A stretch of DNA of 64,000 bases from Octopus sinensis (lineage: Eukaryota): the NCBI RefSeq assembly GCF_006345805.1, contig NC_042997.1, positions 190,774,001-190,838,000 on the forward strand. The letters run 5' to 3'. The position numbers and the translations under genes are program-made. The notes below the pieces were generated by a model. That model had not been told where the DNA came from. It was given only the letters and a program-made list of their open reading frames with translations, and made no database searches. Below, piece by piece: positions 51,891 to 64,000 of this stretch (positions are counted from its first letter, which is position 1; each line of letters starts with the position of its first letter).

Positions 51891-53554
51891 GGCTATTTGA
51901 AAACGTTATGAAAAATACCGTTAAAAATGAAGGGAAATTACTCTGTTAAACTCTGCTTTGCCTGCGTACTTATACATCGCTCGCATTTTTCGTCATAAAA
52001 ATTATATAGAAATACATAAAAATATATAAAAATATATAAAAATATATAAATTCTTCTTGGGACATAACACAGAAAGCATGTTCTATCCGTTTTCTTTGGG
52101 GACCAAAAACGTAACAGAAATTTAGTCACATGTGGGCATGATCCGAAAAGCTCTGTCCTTGTATTTATACATGTGGTAGGGTCTAAGCTGCTTTTCCAGA
52201 TAAGCCATCTCTCCATGTCGCATAAACCGCACCTTCCGCTGCCGTTAGTATAGGGCTTACATCTGGCCAAAATCTTCCATTGTATGTTTATAATCGACAC
52301 CTTTATCTCTTAAAGACCAAATATGATTGGATAATTGTGTCACTTTTCTTTTGTTCCAGTGCCTAAAGCTCAAAGTGTGGTTATTGAACCTGGCCTTGAA
52401 ATTACCCTCTGTAAGGCCCACGTATTTCTTCGTCGCGAACGGTGTCTTTAGTGGTTATAGAGTTTACGGTGGCTTCATATATGATGGTTTTGGACATGCA
52501 AGCTCCATTTAGCGGGCACAATTCTTTATTCAGCATGAACAGCTGTTTTCTTCTTGTGTTTTTGTATGTTATGATTGATTATGTTTTTAAAATTGGTAGT
52601 TGAACTAAAACTAATTTTAAATTGTGTCTATTGAAGAGTTTCCTATAAGCATGGTTAACTGGAAAATGTCTATCTATCAGTGCTAGGAAATATTACCTAT
52701 ATTGAAGGCCACCTCGGGTGAGTAAGGGGGCGTAAACCAGATGACCTTCCTATTTATATTATTCCTTTTCCTTACTGTTGGGCTAGTGATAGGTGTATAT
52801 TTTATTTTTTCGCTAAAACCACTATCTTTTAAAGCTTTATTATAAACTGGGGCAACGCTATTGAAGATGTCCTCATTAGATGAGAGGCTAGAATCCTCTT
52901 ACTAATATTTTTAACTAAATTTTTGAATACTATAGGGGGATGGCATGAACCTACATTAATATAACTTAGTCTATCATTGGGCTTCCTATAAGGCTTATAA
53001 ATATTTTTATTAAGATCTAAGGAAACGTCTAAGAAATTGACAACCGTCAGGTTAGTGTCTATAGTTATACTAAGTCCGAAGTGTTTCATTAACTGCATAA
53101 TATCCTTCCTAAAACGATCTTGTGCTGGTCCATTTGTATTAGCTGTTAAGGCGAGGGCATCATCTTTGTAGATGGCGAAATGTACGTTAGGGAATGTCTT
53201 ACCGAAGGTATCTAGGAGAAAGATCCAATTAGATCACAGATGCCTGCCCCATCATATGAACCCATGCTCACATCGAAAGCGCCCTCCGTGTCGGTGTTTT
53301 TTACCCACTTTGCATTCTCACTGAAAAGTAATGTCTTTCTAGCATGGAAGATTATATCCTTATCATTGGTACTAATTTCTATGAAGTCACTAGCGAAGAT
53401 TAGGGCTTTATCTAGCAGTTCTTTAGAGATAGAGGCATAAAAATCAACAATATCGAATGCGAGCGATGTATAAGTACGCAGGCAAAGCAGAGTTATAACA
53501 GAGTAATTTCCCTTCATTTTTAACGGTATTTTTTCATAACGTTTTCAAATAGCC

Positions 53555-53617
53555 AGATAACCGAAGAGATGGTGTTGTGGATTTCCACTTCGGCATCTGA
53601 AACTCAGAGTTTTATCT
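53555..53617 (+). ncRNA. pLTR hammerhead-like motif, U4C variant
   Basis: identical motif to 51828-51890 in the inverted pLTR. Confidence 0.6.
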
Positions 53618-53712
53618 TGACTACCGAGTAATGTAACATATTGTATAGATAAATTTCCTCTATTTACATAATATTGAGGTCTCTTCTTTCTTTTGTTATC
53701 TTACCGTTTTAT

Positions 53713-53773
<61 letters not shown>

Positions 53774-53777
<4 letters not shown>

Positions 53778-55062
53778 ATGGGGAAGCAAAATTTACAATG
53801 AACGTTAAGTTGTTTTTTCTCGGCAGGCACTAAGTCAATTGTTTTGAAACCTAGTATATATAGATGTCATAATCATACCTAATACTATTATCCTTACTTT
53901 TTCAGAAACTTTACCCATATTAGTAATCAGGAAAGCAAATGTCAAAGTGTGTGTGTGATTTGCTGAATGCACTCGACATACCAAAGGAGATTTCAAGAAT
54001 AGTTGGAGTGTCCATAAAGACTGTTTATAATGTAAAGAATAGAATGACTATGAGCAAAGCTATTACGAGGAAGTCTGGAAGTGGAGGAATCAACAAAAAA
54101 CGTACCAAAGCTTTTATTAAAGCTCTCAAATCGAAAATCCTAAAGGATCCAACAAAATCTATGAGAAAAATGGCAATTGAACTTGAGGTAGACAACAAGA
54201 CCATTAGAAATGCAGTAAAATATGATTTGAGGTTAAAATCTTACACAAGAATACCAAAACACTTGTTGACAACAGCTATGAAGGAAAAGAGATTGGAAAG
54301 GTGCAAGATAATTATTACATGGTTCAAGAAAGAGTCCTCCATTGTAATGATCTTTTCAAATGAAAAGATCTTCACAGTCGATACTGTTCTGAACCCCAGA
54401 GATGACAGATTTATCGCAAAATCGATAGCCGAGATTAAGGGGACATTCAAAACAAAACATCCTGCTCAAGTTATGGCTTTTGGTGTTGTGGCTTCCGATG
54501 GAAAGAAAATGCCTATAAAATTCTAGAAAGCTTATGAAAAGATCAATGTTAATACTTACTACAAGACTCTGAGATGCCAGGTATTGCCATGCCTTAAAGC
54601 AAACTACCCAGATAGTAATTATGTATGGACACAGGATGGTGCTCTAGCCCACACAGCTAGAAAAACACAAGATTTCTGCAAATCCAACTTTAGCAATTTT
54701 TTGGAATCATGTTTATGGCCGCCTTCTAGCCCAGATCTAAACACTCTGAATTTTGCTATTTGGGGCATTTTAGAACATGCTACCAATAGAACATCACACA
54801 GCAATGCCGACTCTCTTAAAGATACTATTAAAGAAGAATGGGAGAAGTTGTCTCCCGAAAATTTGAGGAACATTTGCGCAAGTTTCAGGAAGTGTGTGAA
54901 GGCAGTTATTGAGAAAGAAGGAGGACACAGAATAAAAACATTTTCTATTATGTAAATTTTCTTGTGGCAAATAAATTCTCATAACTTTCAATAAACTAAT
55001 TGGTCATACACTGTCTTTTAATCCCTGCCTCAAAATATTGTAAATTTTGCTTCCCCACCCTG
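53774..55062 (+). mobile_element. Full-length Tc1/mariner DD37D (maT-type) transposon, inactivated
   Basis: TIRs (t/c)ag(g)(a/g)tggggaagcaaaatttacaat in TA context; 37 residues between QDG and the DLNxLD position. Confidence 0.92.
53939..54955 (+). pseudogene. DD37D transposase with one in-frame stop (54524-54526) and D-to-N at catalytic positions 1 and 3
   Basis: both listed ORFs are in one frame; FSNEK, WTQDGALAHT, WPPSSPDLNTLNF. Confidence 0.88.
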
Positions 55063-55149
55063 TATATATATATTATATATATATATATATATATTCATAT
55101 ATGAATATTATGTGTGTGTGTGTGTGTGTGTGTGTACATGAACTTAGTC

Positions 55150-55470
55150 TGCTCTAAAACAAAGGTTGACCACAAATATATTGTTACCTCCTCGAGTGAT
55201 AACAGGTGTGGCTTTTGAGTCCGGAAACTCTCTTGAAAAAAACTTTCTACATATATTGCAATCGTGTCTCTGTTCTAAATCTGTTATTTCGTAGCGCATT
55301 TTATGCATGCTTAGATGTCTTTGTAGACTTCGAACGGATTTACATACGTTTTGATAAAAATTGCATAAAATGATGGTATAGGGGTTTAATGTTGCAGACA
55401 GACATATATGGATTGTCTCACCATGCTGATGGAGCAACGTGGTTACAAATTCGGTATGGTATAATAGTGT
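55150..55470 (-). mobile_element. Decayed tandem C2H2-like fingers, probably an RTE-type LINE C-terminus
   Basis: CNFYQNVCKSVRSLQRHLSMH and CNICRKFF/(frameshift)RVSGLKSHTCYH; no TGEKP linkers. Confidence 0.5.
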
Positions 55471-55846
55471 TAGATAAATATATACCATGATTGATACTGT
55501 AACCGGATGAGTTTGAATAATGAATATGTGGAAAAAATTCGTAGAAAGAAAGGATAGAAGGTCAAGAAAAAGAATGTGAATGCTTATTTGATGGTGGTGG
55601 ACAGGAGAAATGGATGATGAAATCATTGCTCCAGTTAGTTTGTTAAATGTAGGTTGATAAACATTGCCAAAGTGAATGAAATTATTTATTGATTTTGTTA
55701 TTGTTTAAGTTCATACCGGTATGAATTAAAACACGACAGACAGACAGACAGATAGACAGACAGACAGACAGCAGACAGACAGGTAGGTAAGTAGGTAGGT
55801 AGGTAGGTAGGTAGGTAGGTAGGTAGGTAGGTAGGAGGTAAGTAGG

Positions 55847-55910
<64 letters not shown>

Positions 55911-56192
55911 GATAGATAGATAGATAGACGAACGATAGATAGATACATACATACATACATACATACATTCACAGACAGACAGACAGACAGGCAGCCAGGC
56001 AGTCAGAGAGACAGACAGATACATATATGTGATATGTACATATATCTTTTGTTTATACTTCTATTTGTATTTTATTAAATAACTTTATCTTTACATTACT
56101 TTTTTTATATCCATTTCACAATCATCTCTCACATTTTAAATATCTTCATGCATTATATTATATATATATATATATATATATGTATATGTGTA

Positions 56193-56264
<72 letters not shown>

Positions 56265-56274
56265 ATATATATAT

Positions 56275-56422
56275 AGTGGCTCTGTAGTAAGTAGTTTGCT
56301 TGCGAACCACATGGGTCTAGGTTCAGCCCCACTGCGTGGTGCCTTGGGCAAGTGTTCACTACCTCGGGCCGACCAAAGCCTTCTGAGTGGATTCGGTAGA
56401 CAGAAACTGAAAGAAGCCTATC
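56275..56422 (+). mobile_element. SINE family A head
   Basis: gtggctctgtagtaagtag...ggttcagccccactgcgtggtgccttgggcaag. Confidence 0.85.
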
Positions 56423-56458
56423 ATATATAAATGTGTGTCCGTGTGTGTGTGTGTGTGT

Positions 56459-56727
56459 GTATGTTAAATAAAATGTGACAACACCAAAGCATGGTGAAAT
56501 TTTTAGGACATTTGTAAAGAGAAAGGTAGTCTAACAGCTGTTTCTGGAATATTAGGTATATCGCTTCATCAGAGACGATATGAGAGAGTTAAATAGACTG
56601 AAAAAGTCTCCGATGAAAGGATATTTCTATTATCCCAGAAACAGCTGTTAGACAACCTTTCTCTTTATAAATGTCCTAAAAAATTTCACACTGCCTTGGC
56701 TTTGCTGCCTCATTTTATTTAACATAT
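56459..56727. mobile_element. Inverted pair of Penelope-type 3' ends, each with a hammerhead-like motif
   Basis: arms 56459-56576 and 56606-56727; motifs at 56529-56576 (-, CTGATGA) and 56606-56653 (+, CCGATGA). Confidence 0.7.
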
Positions 56728-56810
56728 ACATGCTCACACAAGACCCGCTTTAGACTCCTCACTTGTATTGTTATCCAACCAAGAGTCTAACTACGGTCCT
56801 TCCATAACAC

Positions 56811-56846
56811 TTTTCTGATGAGAACCTAATGTCCGAAACGTCAAAG
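56811..56846 (+). ncRNA. Minimal type I hammerhead motif with GUC site
   Basis: tttt CTGATGA gaac-ctaat-gtcc GAAA cg TC aaag; one mismatch in stem II. Confidence 0.62.
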
Positions 56847-57000
56847 GCCTTTTTCCCTTTTCTTTTCAAGCGTGAAACTAATAACGCATTTGTGAAAGTT
56901 TATCCCTTTTGTGGTGTTTTTCTTGTTTTTCGTTTATCAAAGAAAGATAGATAGATATATAGATAGATAGAAAGAGAGTTTATACATATATTTAAATGCA

Positions 57001-57034
<34 letters not shown>

Positions 57035-57049
57035 ATGTATGTATGTATG

Positions 57050-57081
<32 letters not shown>

Positions 57082-57852
57082 TGTATGTATGTATGTACAT
57101 GTATCTGGTTGGTGTTTTAGCATTTACTGTCATTGTAAAGCGAAGATACTTTTTTTAATAGATAACTTATTCTTTTCGCCATCCCTTGCAACTGGAATCA
57201 GAGACAACTGGAAAATTATCAAACGCTACGCTAGCATTCAGATAATTCTTTAAATTTATCAGCAGAAAAGTCACAGACGATAGTCTAACACCATGTTCAG
57301 GAAGCAGATTTGTCTCTCGACAACGCCGTGAGAAGTGGTATAATCACCGGTCATGTGAACTTCGAATGCCCATGAATAGAACCATAAAAATATTTTTACA
57401 TACATACATACAAACGACTTAATTGCCATATACATGCAACTTAAAGTCCTATACGTACATATCCTTCCCGACGTAAAGTGCTAATGGTTATGTGTATTAT
57501 ACAATATAAATGCATCGCATACTTATATATATATATATAAAATATAATACAAAACTTGATATATACACATACACTATTAAATTTGCAATGTAATTTGTAT
57601 TCGTTATAGTTATTTTCAATTACATTAACTTTGTGCTATTTACTGTTTTCTTTTTAATCATTAATTCAACATTTCTAATTGTATTTATTTGTTTTAAGCA
57701 TTCCACTTCTGAACATTAGAGTTTTCTTTTTTCATCTGCCAAACTTTCAAAACGTTTTGCACCAATTATTCAATGGAATTATTTAAAGTGAATTTCTTAT
57801 AGGTATTTTTTTCATATCTCTTAACAAATCAACGCATACATACACACATACA

Positions 57853-57887
<35 letters not shown>

Positions 57888-58409
57888 CCATGCTTTAATG
57901 CATCACACATACGCACACGCACACACACACACATACTTATATCTATCTATATATATATATATATATATATATATTATCACTTTTACATGAATTTGTGTAA
58001 ATATATGTATTATATATTTTTATATTAATATCTCTCATTTTACAAATAAATACACACTCATCAAAATAATTATATATATTAAAATATATATAAAATATGA
58101 TATCATATTATATATAAAATATATATAAAATATTATATTATATTATATATATATAAAATCAGTTAATATTATATTCATATATTAGCATGTTTAAGTGAGT
58201 ATGGGGAAATATGTTTAAGATGTGAGTAAAAAAAATAAAACAGAAAAGTAGACAAGAATTTATATGTAACTTACATGCATAAACGCTGGAAAAAATAACT
58301 GAATATTATTCGTAATAAATATAAAGAAGAAAAATAAATGTTATTAAAAATATTCGTCACCCTTTTGCCAAAATAAAGGGTTATCATATTAGTGCAAGTG
58401 TTATATATA

Positions 58410-59505
<1,096 letters not shown>

Positions 59506-59626
59506 AGGTATGTTTCTGTGAGCAATACCACTTCTCTGTTAAATAAATACTTCTTAATCGTAACTGTAGGCATTTGTTGAAGAAAAGCTCGTTATATGTC
59601 GTAGAGGAATGTCTGTGTACATGCAT

Positions 59627-59673
<47 letters not shown>

Positions 59674-60188
59674 CTAAATTATGTGAACGCGTGTAATTGA
59701 AATGTTTCCAAGCAGAAAAAATAAATAATTTTCCGCCATTTTTCTTATAGTCTGCTGCATGTAAAAAGACGTTGATACAAACATACAAATGTGAAGCCTC
59801 ATGACTGTTTGCCTACTGCAACAGACTAATGCCAAAACTACCAATTACACAGGGTTATAACTATTGTAAAAAAAAAAATGATAATCTTTCTTAGAAATAT
59901 AGTTTAATGACGTTAGTGTTATAAACCGCAAAAACAAAATTTTGCAACCTCAACCAAATTCAAACACGGTTTCGTATATACATACAACTGATTGTAGTTT
60001 AGCATTGAACTTGAGAGCAATAGCTTAAAGCAATAGTCGTATTATTTTATTAATTCTTTACTAATCCTGATACTTCCTGGATTTCCGAAGCAAGCATAAG
60101 ATAACACCACTCCGACAGACGTCATAATTATTTTTTATTTACTAGTCTATAAATGTAGGAAATATTATCATGAGTGCATGTAAATATA

Positions 60189-60408
60189 TACTCTTTTACT
60201 CTTTTACTTGTTTCAGTCAGTTGACTGCGGCCATGCTGGAGCACCACCTTTAGTCGAGCAACTCGACCCCGGGACTTATTCTTTGTAAGCCCAGTACTTA
60301 CTCTATCGGTCTCTTTTGCCGAACCGCTAAGTGACGGGGACATAAACACGCCAGCATCGGTTGTCCAGCAATGCGAGTGACAAACACAGACACACAAACA
60401 TACACGCA

Positions 60409-60442
<34 letters not shown>

Positions 60443-60608
60443 TACGACGGGCTTCTTTCAGTTTCCGTCTACCAAATCCACTCACAAGGCTTTGGTCGGC
60501 CCAAGGCTACAGTAGAAGACAGTTGCCCAAGATGCCACGCAGTGGGACTGAACCCGGAACCATGTGGTTGGTAGGCAAGCTACTTACCACACAGCCACTC
60601 CTGCGCCT
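60189..60608 (-). mobile_element. SINE family A, full length
   Basis: complete head, microsatellite and tail. Confidence 0.93.
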
Positions 60609-60629
60609 ATACTGTCAGGTTTTTTTATA

Positions 60630-61265
60630 AGTTTATTTATTTTTTTCTTTCTAGTTTCAGCTCAGAGCTGCGGCCATGCTGATGCACCGCCGTTTTGCTA
60701 CACTGCTATTACTTAGAGCCTCCTCCAATATGTGGCACTTGGTGAAGAATGGAGTTTGATATAGCTACCCTCATTTGCACCTCCTGCCGTAAGGTAGGTT
60801 CATCATGGACTCTCGACAGGAAGAGGTCCAGCTTTGATTTAAAAACTCCGACATCTACTTTGTGCAAGTTCCTCAGACTCTTTAGGAGAATATTAAAAAG
60901 CTGTGGGCCCTTGAACCCAGGCTGTTGCAGTAACTGGTTCTGAAGCGTAATAGTATTGCTGGGATCTTTGGCACTATGCAGTGTCGTCTCGTTCTGGCAT
61001 TGGTGTAGCTTTCAATGCCAAAATTTGGCACAATTTCTTCCAGGATCTTCCAGATATATATTACTGCGTACCTCTCCCGTCTTCTCTCTAGGGAGTAGAG
61101 TCTTAGCTGTTTCAACCTTTCCCAGTAGCTGAGCTGTTGCAGAAACGATCTTGTTTGTGAATCTTCTCTGGATTGCTTTATGGTCCGCAGTTAATTTCAC
61201 ACTGGTGGGTGACCATAGCTGTGAGCAAACAATTTAAAAAGTGACCCGAACCAAATGACGAGGCA
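60630..61265 (-). mobile_element. CR1/L2-like LINE 3' end: ORF2 C-terminus and 3' UTR
   Basis: LYSLERRRERYAVIYIWKIL...RTSYCNSL...FKSKLDLFLSRVHDEPT...SNSILHQ, stop, short UTR, A-rich end. Confidence 0.88.
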
Positions 61266-61394
61266 CCTCTAATAATGTTTTTAGTCAAGTGTTTGAAGGT
61301 ATAAGTGTATACTTGCTTTGTATGTGTAGATGTACAAGAGGTGTTTCAAAGTTTTTGAGCTTCATTATAAAACAGAATTCAAATAAAATAAAAA

Positions 61395-61772
61395 GAGTGG
61401 CTGTGTGGTAAGTAGCTTGCTTACTAACCACATGGTTCCGGGTTCATTCCCACTGCGTAGCACTTTGGGAAAGAGTCTTCTATTATAGCCTTGGGCCGAC
61501 CAAAAACCTTGTGAGTGGATTTGGTAGACGGAAACTGAAAGAAGCCCGTCGTATATATGCATATATGTATGTGTGTGTATATGTTTGTGTGTCTGTGTTT
61601 GTCCACCCAATGGTGGTGTGTTTACGTCCCCGTAACTTAGCGGTTCGGCAAAATAGTCCGATAGAATAAGTACTAGGCTTCCAAAAAATAAGTCCTGGGG
61701 TCGATTTGCTCGACTAAAGGCGGTGCTCCAACATGGCCGTAGTCAAATGACTGAAACAAGTAAAAGAGTAAA
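61395..61772 (+). mobile_element. SINE family A, full length
   Basis: gagtggctgtgtggtaagtagc...gactgaaacaagtaaaagag. Confidence 0.93.
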
Positions 61773-62751
61773 ATAAACGTGCCATTTTCTTGCTGACATT
61801 AAACATAGCGGGCTCAAAACTTTTGGAACACATTTCGTATGCACTTATATATGTTGTTGCTGTTGGTTCTGTTGTTGCTGTTGTTATTTAACCCTAGGTA
61901 GGTACTAACCATACTGACCGATGATCAAATGTATTCCTACCGTAATCATCCCGTAATTTTAAGAATATTTATAACATTCATTTTTCTACATCTTTAAGAC
62001 GGCAGAGGGTGATTTGAGGAACAATTTGACTACTATTTTAAACAGTTTGAGCAATCACATATAAGTTCCATTGTTGTTGTTAATCTTAGCTCCATGTTAA
62101 TTCTGATCTAGAATACTCTTGACCAATGACCTTCCAGCAGTAACAATCCCACATTTACCCGTGTAGAGAACCCAAGACTAAACAGTCAAATGTGTCCTTT
62201 TCTAAGATGACTTATTAAAGATATTGCAGCTATTTCTAGTGAAAGTGATCAAATTGGATCAGACTGCTTTGGCTTGATTTGATTTAAATGGGGAATGTTC
62301 AAAATGTCACTGCATCGATTTTCAGCCTTTCTGTCTCTTTTTAGAGAATTCCAGACTTTCCATGTTAATACGCGAGCAATTTTTCCCACAGCTTACTTGG
62401 CCGATTTCTACGAAAAGCTATTTGTCGAAATTTAAAAGCTGGTTATTTACTATCGACTCTCTGTTGAAACTCTCCTCCTCCTCTTACCCAAGTTATTAAT
62501 ATCAACTGAAAAACTGAGCCCACATCTTTGAGTGTTACTTAAATATTCTTTTTCCCGTATAATAATATCAGACCTGATTTTTAAGTGTGGATAATATGTC
62601 TCTATCTGGGTGATGAGTTGTACAAATCTCGTTTTTCTACACTATTTCGTAGGACTATCATTACTAGTACAGCTTACTTGCAACAGTAATTACGTTTATA
62701 GAGAACACGTGCTATCAATATAAATGTGTAAGTATTCTTTTATTTTTTTAG

Positions 62752-62959
62752 TCTTTTATTTATTTGTTTCAGTCATTGGACTGCGGTCATGCTGGAGAAC
62801 CGCTTTTAGTCGAGCAAATCGACCCCAGGACTTATTCTTTGTAAGCCTAGTACATATTCTATCGGTCTCTTTTGCCGAACCGCTAAGTGACGGGTACGTA
62901 AACAAACCACCATCGGTTGTCACGCGATGTTGGGGCGGGGGGACAAACACAGACACACA

Positions 62960-62996
<37 letters not shown>

Positions 62997-63156
62997 GACG
63001 GGCTTCTTTCAGTTTCCGTCTACCAAATCTCACTTACAAAGCTTTGGTCGGCCCGAGGCTATAGTGGAAGACACTTGCCCAAGCTGCCACGCAATGGGAC
63101 TAAATCCGAAACCATGTGGTTGTAAGCAAGCTACTTACCACGCAGCCGCTCATGCG
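62752..63156 (-). mobile_element. SINE family A, full length
   Basis: as above. Confidence 0.92.
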
Positions 63157-63477
63157 TATGGTATGGTAATGCAAACAGGAAAAACAGAACCCAAAATATG
63201 AATATATGTATTTCTTTATGAATATTTTGCAGAAGTAATAAAATGGCTCAAGCGATGAGGGTTTCGTACGTTGGCAGTTACCAAATTTGATAAGTACACA
63301 TGCATGAAACTCTCGGTCGTTGAGTCACTTTCTTGCTTTCGATAAATATTAATATATATGTGTGTGTATGTGTGTGTGTGCGTGTGTGTGTGTGTGTGTG
63401 TGTATGTATATTTATGTATTTATATATACGTATGTATTCATATATATGTACATATATATATGTGTGTGTATATATAT

Positions 63478-63805
63478 AAAGGGGTAAAGACTCCCTTCGG
63501 TCAGGCACTGACCATGGGTTTGCACCTAGAGAGATACCCTCTGAGGCACAAGTCTGGGCAAGGTTGTTTTATGGAAGACCAGCAGTCGCCCATGCATACC
63601 GGCCTCCCCTCTCCACGTCACCGATGTTGTCCAAGGGAAAGGCAAGGGCCGATACAGCTTGGCACCTGTGACGTCGCAACTCATTTCTACAGCTGAGTGA
63701 ACTGGAGCAACGTGAAAAAAGAACACAACACGCAGTCCCGTCCGGGATTCGAGCTCACAACTCACGATCGTAAGCTCGACGCTCTAACCACTGAGCCATG
63801 CGCCT

Positions 63806-63809
<4 letters not shown>
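63478..63809 (-). mobile_element. tRNA-derived SINE with a distinct tail
   Basis: reverse complement gtgaaggcgcatggctcagtggttagagcg...gagctcgaatccc; no acceptor stem; flanked by TA repeats. Confidence 0.8.
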
Positions 63810-63860
<51 letters not shown>

Positions 63861-64000
63861 CCATATATAATATGTATGTATATGTATATATATATATGTA
63901 TATACATTATATGTATGCATATATATGTATATATGTATGTCTCCTTCAAGTAGAGTCGGTAAAATCTGTTGCTCTCTGCCGTTCTCAAAAAATAGCGTTC

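Larger units (their letters stand above)
51801..53715 (-). mobile_element. Penelope-like element (Neptune-type): truncated RT (YKDD), GIY-YIG, inverted pLTRs
   Basis: FDIVDFYASI...MGSYDGAGICDL...AIYKDDAL; GIY-YIG as in the 40002 copy; 51801-51982 is the reverse complement of about 53456-53645. Confidence 0.93.

Overview
Repeat-saturated eukaryotic DNA (AT-rich, one 100-N gap at 37344-37443). I could not identify any host protein-coding exon, so this is probably intergenic or deep intronic. The SINE repertoire and microsatellite style resemble an octopus (coleoid cephalopod) genome; that assignment is an inference from recall, not a database hit. Contents: many copies of two abundant SINE families (A, with an internal microsatellite; B, often a head plus two 183-bp units) and rarer tRNA-SINEs; two Penelope-like (Neptune-type, C-terminal GIY-YIG) retroelements and several Penelope-type 3' ends; R4/Dong-like restriction-endonuclease retrotransposon pieces sitting in (TAA)n; CR1/L2-like and RTE-like LINE fragments; a near-complete DD37D (maT) transposon; three mariner remnants; a Helitron fragment; and several MITE/foldback hairpins. 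Most listed ORFs are microsatellite artefacts. The main hunt results are: (1) about 12 type I hammerhead-ribozyme-like motifs, six with a recurrent U4C core (CCGANGA), including a tRNA-headed SINE-like element that ends in a hammerhead-bearing Penelope-type tail; (2) a SINE-LINE partner pair with a covarying 3' stem-loop; (3) microsatellite-directed stacking of mobile elements. All ribozyme folds were derived by eye and none has been tested for activity.
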